A stretch of DNA of 64,000 nucleotides. It comes from Promethearchaeota archaeon (lineage in GTDB: Archaea; Asgardarchaeota; Lokiarchaeia; Sigyniarchaeales; SOKP01). The position numbers and the translations under genes were made by a program. The notes beneath the pieces were generated by a model. That model saw nothing but the letters and a program-made list of their open reading frames with translations, searched no databases and was not told the DNA's origin. Shown here piece after piece: positions 58,468 to 64,000 of the stretch. Position 1 is the first letter of the stretch. Each line of letters begins with the position of its first letter. The DNA lies in contig JAUVXW010000002.1 in the NCBI GenBank assembly GCA_030603385.1, positions 64,001 through 128,000 of the forward strand. The letters run 5' to 3'.

Positions 58468-60390
58468 TTATGCAAATTTTTTCCAAAAAGGAGCAATTTG
58501 TTGACAAACAAACTTAAAATCTTTTATTGTTTGCTCATCTTCAATATCTGATATGAAAAATTCACTTAATTTTTCGTATACGTCGATCTCATTTAAGGAT
58601 CTAACAGCGTTTTTAATATTTAAGATAAAATTATTTAATGGAATAATTATTTCATAAATTAGCCATTCTTCGAAAAAGGGTTGATCTGAAAATGATTGAA
58701 TATTATAAGTGATCATAATTTGCAATAGCTCTTCATCAGAGTAAAAATGTTCATCTGAAATCATAATGTTATACTTTTCCATTTCCTTCTTAAGATATTC
58801 TTTATTTAAACTAATTATATAGTCAGGCCATACATCATCTGAGTAGTTTATATCTTGGAAAACAAATAACTCTAATACTCTTAGAGCAATATTTTTACCA
58901 ATATAACGACTCCGGGGATCGATAAAGTTTGAAGAAGCATCATCTGGATTAGATCTAAGAAAAATCTTATCTATTAAAACATAAAGAATTCTACAAATAT
59001 GATCAACAATTTTATTGAATGAGAAAGGTGTATTCTCAGGATTTTCAGAAAGGATGGTATTTTCTTTATCAAGTTTCATTGAAAAATCTGTATTGAAGCT
59101 CTTTAAAAAAGTTTTAAAAAAGCCATAGTTAAGCTCTGATATATTTTTATTAAATAATTTATGAAAAAATAGATCAATGTTTTTAATATTTGATAAAGTA
59201 GAGAAGAAGTCGAGAAATTCTTTTATATTATTAATCGAATTAGCACTAATAACATCTTCAATATTCTTATTATGATTATTCAAATTAGTTTTAAACTTAT
59301 TAGGTAAGAAAAGTAAATCTCCTATTTCTAACGCTTCTAAGCCACTTCCAAAATAATATTTCATATATAGAAAGAATAAGTTTAATTGAGATTTCGGAGA
59401 TGGGAGGTTATTTGCTTGAAATGTTGAATAAAGGGTTGATTTTTTATCAAGATAATTAAAAAATTTAAGTAGAGAATTCTTTTTAGTTTCACTATAATCG
59501 TCCAGATTGGCTAAAAATCCTTTCTTTATAATATCAATTTTAGAAAAGATAGAATCTTCTACTCTAGATCCAACAAAATTAAAGAAGTCTAACAGAGGTG
59601 AAAAACTTTCTAGCAAAATGCATTTTTTGTAAAAATAATAAAGTAAATCAACCAATTTCTCCTTAGCATATATATATTCATCTAAAGCTGTTTGATATAA
59701 CTTTTCTCTTCCTTCTAGTAATATTTTATAATATTTTTCAGGAATGCCTTTAAATCGTCTTAAGAAGTAATAGAGGACCATGTTATAATATTTGTGGAAA
59801 ATTTCATCCTTACTATCCTTTATGATAATCATAAAATTTAGAGTTTCACTATTATTACCTTTCTCAACTTTAACACCATCAAGTAAAATAAAGATTTTTT
59901 CTTGAATTGTCTTTCTAATCACTATTCCTAAGATTCTAACAATGAAATAAAAGTAACCAGTAGGAAATGTAAATCCATTAAGAAGTTCCCCCTCAAAATC
60001 TTTGGAAGTCTTATCAAAATAGTCAATTTCTTCAGAGGATAGGAAATAATTATATTCTAAAAATAAAAATTTCTCAGAGATTTTCTCTTTTATGATTAAT
60101 TCTAATGAGCTCTCGTTAAATCCAAAAAAAAATTGTAGAAAATATCTAAAGAAATCATGAAAATTTTCATAGAAAAAAGTTGTAAAGGTTTTTTTTATTA
60201 CTCTTTTTTGGTTCTTTTGATTAAATTCATCCCATCTTAACCTTATATCATCTTGAAAGTCTTTAAATTTCTCTTTTTTCCTTTCTAATATTTCCAAAAA
60301 CACATTTGTCTCAAATCTTAGGCCAAAATCTTGACCTTTAATTTTTTCTTCTAGGAAATCTAAGATATCGCTTAGTTTTTTGTTAACCAA
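58468..60390 (-). CDS. Large hypothetical Phe/Tyr-rich helical protein
   Basis: 640-aa ORF; no motif recognised. Confidence 0.7.
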   Translation of the reverse strand: MVNKKLSDILDFLEEKIKGQDFGLRFETNVFLEILERKKEKFKDFQDDIRLRWDEFNQKNQKRVIKKTFTTFFYENFHDFFRYFLQFFFGFNESSLELIIKEKISEKFLFLEYNYFLSSEEIDYFDKTSKDFEGELLNGFTFPTGYFYFIVRILGIVIRKTIQEKIFILLDGVKVEKGNNSETLNFMIIIKDSKDEIFHKYYNMVLYYFLRRFKGIPEKYYKILLEGREKLYQTALDEYIYAKEKLVDLLYYFYKKCILLESFSPLLDFFNFVGSRVEDSIFSKIDIIKKGFLANLDDYSETKKNSLLKFFNYLDKKSTLYSTFQANNLPSPKSQLNLFFLYMKYYFGSGLEALEIGDLLFLPNKFKTNLNNHNKNIEDVISANSINNIKEFLDFFSTLSNIKNIDLFFHKLFNKNISELNYGFFKTFLKSFNTDFSMKLDKENTILSENPENTPFSFNKIVDHICRILYVLIDKIFLRSNPDDASSNFIDPRSRYIGKNIALRVLELFVFQDINYSDDVWPDYIISLNKEYLKKEMEKYNIMISDEHFYSDEELLQIMITYNIQSFSDQPFFEEWLIYEIIIPLNNFILNIKNAVRSLNEIDVYEKLSEFFISDIEDEQTIKDFKFVCQQIAPFWKKFA

Positions 60391-60540
60391 ATTTAATCAT
60401 TTATTTATTCAATCTCAATATATATTCGAAACTATATAACCCTAAAAAAATAAAGTTAATTATTAATAAAATAAAAATATGAAAATAAAAATATTGGTTA
60501 ATGATAGAATTGTACTAAAATAGGTCCATTTTGTTATAAT

Positions 60541-61569
60541 TTAAAAAATTTTTGTTATCTCATCAGTTTCAGAATAAAATAATGGATTTAACTTTCCATC
60601 ATTCTCTTTAATCATCAAACCTTTCTCTTTATTGATGAAATTGCCAATTTTTTCAGCATTAATTTGATTGTTTCTCAATAAATCAATTAAGTCCTGACTT
60701 AAATCATCATCTATAGCAATTAATAGTGATCCTGATGAAATGGTACCCATAGGCTCCAAATCAAAAATTTTACTTAATATTGAAGGTTCAGGGAGAATAG
60801 TAACCTTTTCTCTTTCAATTAATATTCCTGTATTTGATGCGATGGCCATTTCAGCGAGGCCCGTAGCGAGTCCCCCTTCAGTTGGATCATGAAAGGCTTT
60901 AATATTAAAGCTTTTATTAGCCAATAATGCTTCTTTAAATACACTTATTCCTGGTTCGTAAAGATATTTCTTACATTTTTCTATAAAAGTTGAATTAAGT
61001 CCCTTTTCTTTGAGCTTACTTTCTCTTTCACGACTAATTATTGAAGTCCCCTCAATAAAAATACCTTTTGTGAGAATTATTGCATCCCCTAGCTCTGCTC
61101 CAGATGTTCGAACAAGTTTTTCTTTTTCAACCTCTCCTAATAAAGAACCAATTACCATTGGCCTATCAAGTTTAGGTGTAATTTCCGTATGTCCCCCGAT
61201 TACAGCTATTCCCATAGATTTACAAGTATCATGAATATCTTTAAATATCTTCTCAATTAGGCTATTCGTTGTATTTTTTTGAGGTAATAAAATTGTTGCC
61301 TGGAACCATTTAGGTTTAGCTCCAGTGCAAACAACATCATTAACATTAACATGTACGACATAATACCCAATTTGATCAGTAGCAAAAGTAATTGGATCAG
61401 TTTTAGCAACTAAATAGTTATTACCGGGTATGTCAATAACAGCAGCATCTTCTCCAATTTTAGAGCCTAATACTACTCTATCGTCATTAATTTCTAAATT
61501 TGAAAGTAGTTTAACTAAATATTCATGTTTAAGCTTCCCAAGAGCAAATTTTTTACTATTTCTTCTCAT
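60541..61569 (-). CDS. AIR synthase/HypE-like family protein
   Basis: GEDAAVI, TDPITF, NVNDV, GGHTE, HDPTEGG. Confidence 0.88.
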   Translation of the reverse strand: MRRNSKKFALGKLKHEYLVKLLSNLEINDDRVVLGSKIGEDAAVIDIPGNNYLVAKTDPITFATDQIGYYVVHVNVNDVVCTGAKPKWFQATILLPQKNTTNSLIEKIFKDIHDTCKSMGIAVIGGHTEITPKLDRPMVIGSLLGEVEKEKLVRTSGAELGDAIILTKGIFIEGTSIISRERESKLKEKGLNSTFIEKCKKYLYEPGISVFKEALLANKSFNIKAFHDPTEGGLATGLAEMAIASNTGILIEREKVTILPEPSILSKIFDLEPMGTISSGSLLIAIDDDLSQDLIDLLRNNQINAEKIGNFINKEKGLMIKENDGKLNPLFYSETDEITKIF

Positions 61570-61942
61570 TAATTGGTCAATATAATAAGAGAAGATAAAT
61601 ATTTAAATTTTGGAGGTGTAATTTGAAATGTGATAATCGTCCATTTAATTCTCTTCTAACATTTTTAAAATATTAAAATAATTTCAATATATTTTTTTAG
61701 TGTGTTAGGGTAAAGTTGAATTTTAATACTATAAAGCCCTTATCCAAATGGATATTTAAGAATAATTTTAAATAGAAATTAATTAAATCTTTGATTTAGC
61801 AAGAAATTGAACATTGATTTCAAAAAACGTGAATTTGCCTTTTATCCTACACTAAAATTTAAAAATAAATTACATTTATATCATAATAAAATGCATTCTT
61901 AATCAAATATAATTAATAGAAAAGATCATTTAAAAAACGAGT

Positions 61943-62479
61943 TTGAAAAAAATGGGATTTGGAAAATCATTCTTATTAAGTTTAGTAGCTTTTATTGGAT
62001 TAAATTTTATAGTTTCAATATTGTATTTTGCATTAGATGTGGGATTTGATACTTTAATGGATAATATTCAAAATGCTCCTTTAATGATAATTTATTATCT
62101 TTTCGGTTCAGTTACGAGTGTGCCATCTAATAACATGGATTGGGCAATAGTTCAACCTCTTTTTAATGAAGACAATACCTTTTTGATACTCAGTTTGGGT
62201 TATCTAGTTGCACCGATAATCGCAGCTATTCTTGCTGGAAAATTTGCTGAAAGTAAATTTCAAGGTTTTGCGGGATGGCTATTAACTGTTATTGTTAGTA
62301 CAGTCGCAGTGGTTATCGGAGTGTTTTTAAGTCCAACTTTAGAATTAGAATTTGGTAAATTATTTTATAACTGGACTGGTTTTGAATTAATTCTAATATA
62401 TATTATAATTAGCTGTGTTGTAAATATTGTTTTTTACAGCTTCTTCGCATTACTAGTATCAAAAACAGAATACTATTGA
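61943..62479 (+). CDS. Membrane protein
   Basis: Four to five TM segments. Confidence 0.65.
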   Translation: MKKMGFGKSFLLSLVAFIGLNFIVSILYFALDVGFDTLMDNIQNAPLMIIYYLFGSVTSVPSNNMDWAIVQPLFNEDNTFLILSLGYLVAPIIAAILAGKFAESKFQGFAGWLLTVIVSTVAVVIGVFLSPTLELEFGKLFYNWTGFELILIYIIISCVVNIVFYSFFALLVSKTEYY

Positions 62480-62576
62480 TTTCAATCATCAAAATTCAAT
62501 TTCTTTTTTTTTTTCTTGAAAATAGAATATAATCCTAATTATTTTGCCTATTGAATTAAAAAGAGAATTTAATTTA

Positions 62577-64000
62577 TTATTTCTTATAAGAGGATTTTAG
62601 GAATTGAGAATAATCACATAATAGAGTCATACTTTGAGCAGCATCTCTTAGAGATAAGTAATATAAAGCTCGTTTTTTATGTAAAAATTTTTTGATTGTA
62701 TCAAATCTTTTAGCAAGATTTCCATTATCTGCCAAAGTGGGTAAACAAATGGCAAAAGGTTTTGAAGTTCGGTCTCGAATGTTAATCAATCGTTTAAAAA
62801 CATGGCGATATACATGTTCAGACCAAAGTGGAATAATAACAATATCAATATTAGGATCTTTAATTACAACTTCTATACATTCAGTAAAAATATTTAAAAT
62901 GAAACCTGAAGCGCCAAGATCAATTGGATTTTTAATATTTACATTCACATCTGGTAGAATATTTGCAATTTTAGATTGTGATTCTAATGTCAATTCAGGA
63001 ACGTGTAGATTTAGATTAGCAAATAAATCAGTTAGATTCACAGAAGCTCCACCACCAGGAGTTACTATTCCAATATTTCGTCCTTTAGGAAGATGATCTG
63101 GAGATAATAATTCAAAAGTTTTTATGGCATGCCAAAATTCTTCATTATCTTTTACAATAACAGTGCCTGTTTGCTTAGCCATTGATCTCCATAAGCGATT
63201 ATCTGAAAAAATTGCACCTGTATGCGAAAAGGCGGCTCTTAATCCGTCTTTTGTATATCCTCCCTTCCACAGAATTACGGGTTTAATTTTTGTAGTTCTT
63301 TTAAGTTCCAAGAATAACTGTTTACCTGTAGCCGATCCAAATGATTCTAAATATGCTGCTATTAATTTTGTTTTTGGATCCTGCCGATAAAATCTAAAAA
63401 AGTCAACACAGTTTAAGTCAATTTGATTACCAAAACTCACACCAAAATGAAATCTGATATCACGTTTAAACCCAACATCCACTAACTGAGTTAAATGACC
63501 TCCCGATTGAGACATAAATGATACTCCACCATAATTCCCTCTTTGAGAAGCAAAAGAAAAAGCCATCCCTGATTCTGCATTTATGGGTCCTAAGCAATTA
63601 GGTCCAATTATTCTTGTATTTGAACTTTTGATTATATCTAATATTTCGTTCTCTAGCTCTTTTCCCTGAGAATCACTGTTTCTGAAAACCCGGATGCGAA
63701 TATAATTACCCATTTAATACCCTTCTTTACACATTCTTTCAAAATTTTCGGAATAAATTTTGTCTTTAAAGAGATGTATGCTGTATCAATAGGATATGGC
63801 ACATCTAAAACTGATGGATAACATCTCCAATCTAAAATTTTTTCATGATTCGGATTGATTGGATAAAAATTGTTTGCCCATTTAGATTCTTTGAAGACAT
63901 TTAAATACAGCATTGAGCCTAAGGTTGAGTTCTCTGATGCCCCAATAAAAGCAATATTTTTAGGGTAAAATAATGAGGTTAGATCCTCAAAATGTTTTTG
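62577..64000 (-). pseudogene. ADP-forming acyl-CoA synthetase alpha subunit, frameshifted at ~63675 (pseudogene or sequencing error); 5' end beyond the window
   Basis: PKNIAFIGAS, YPINP, ASGFSET | GPNCLG, SQSGG, GNQIDL, YLES, SHTGA, NPIDL. One base is missing in ACA-GT-GAT, where ETGD is expected. Confidence 0.8.

Noticed and set aside
59-63390. Short antisense or alternate-frame ORFs in the track (e.g. 59-298, 3448-3720, 6000-6299, 20559-20891, 27378-27716, 36296-36598, 40036-41660 set, 62692-63096)
   Set aside because: They are shadows of well-supported genes and carry no motifs of their own
1-64000. CRISPR arrays, IS elements, rRNA genes
   Set aside because: No regularly spaced repeats, transposase motifs or rRNA-like sequence seen

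Overview
AT-rich archaeal chromosomal window, very probably from an Asgard archaeon of the Lokiarchaeia type. The evidence is archaeal informational genes (TFB, DnaG, eS19-PDCD5-eL39-eL31-eIF6-eL20-prefoldin-FtsY-SecE operon, eS26, Gar1, Nep1, Rpp21, TrmY, ArcS/RaSEA) together with many roadblock/longin/uDENN-like, small-GTPase and SCP2 genes. It is mostly core genome: I found no CRISPR array, transposase or integrase. Main observations beyond the ORF track: (1) at least 7-8 genes, including eS19, eS26 and an ABC ATPase, can only be complete if translation starts at ATT/ATA, usually just behind a GGTG(A)-type Shine-Dalgarno. (2) One of these extensions reveals a ribbon-helix-helix + HisKA + receiver protein divergent from a PAS histidine kinase. 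(3) A ~200-nt GC-enriched, multi-helix candidate ncRNA with its own TATA box lies at ~50738-50936. (4) An Smc5/6-like SMC-kleisin-KITE operon sits at the left edge. (5) There are four intron-containing tRNAs, including a tRNA-Phe with three non-canonical introns. (6) A single high-GC, bacterial-looking FAD oxidoreductase gene is probably horizontally acquired. (7) Several short gene remnants occupy intergenic spaces. All calls come from reading motifs by eye; no database searches were run.
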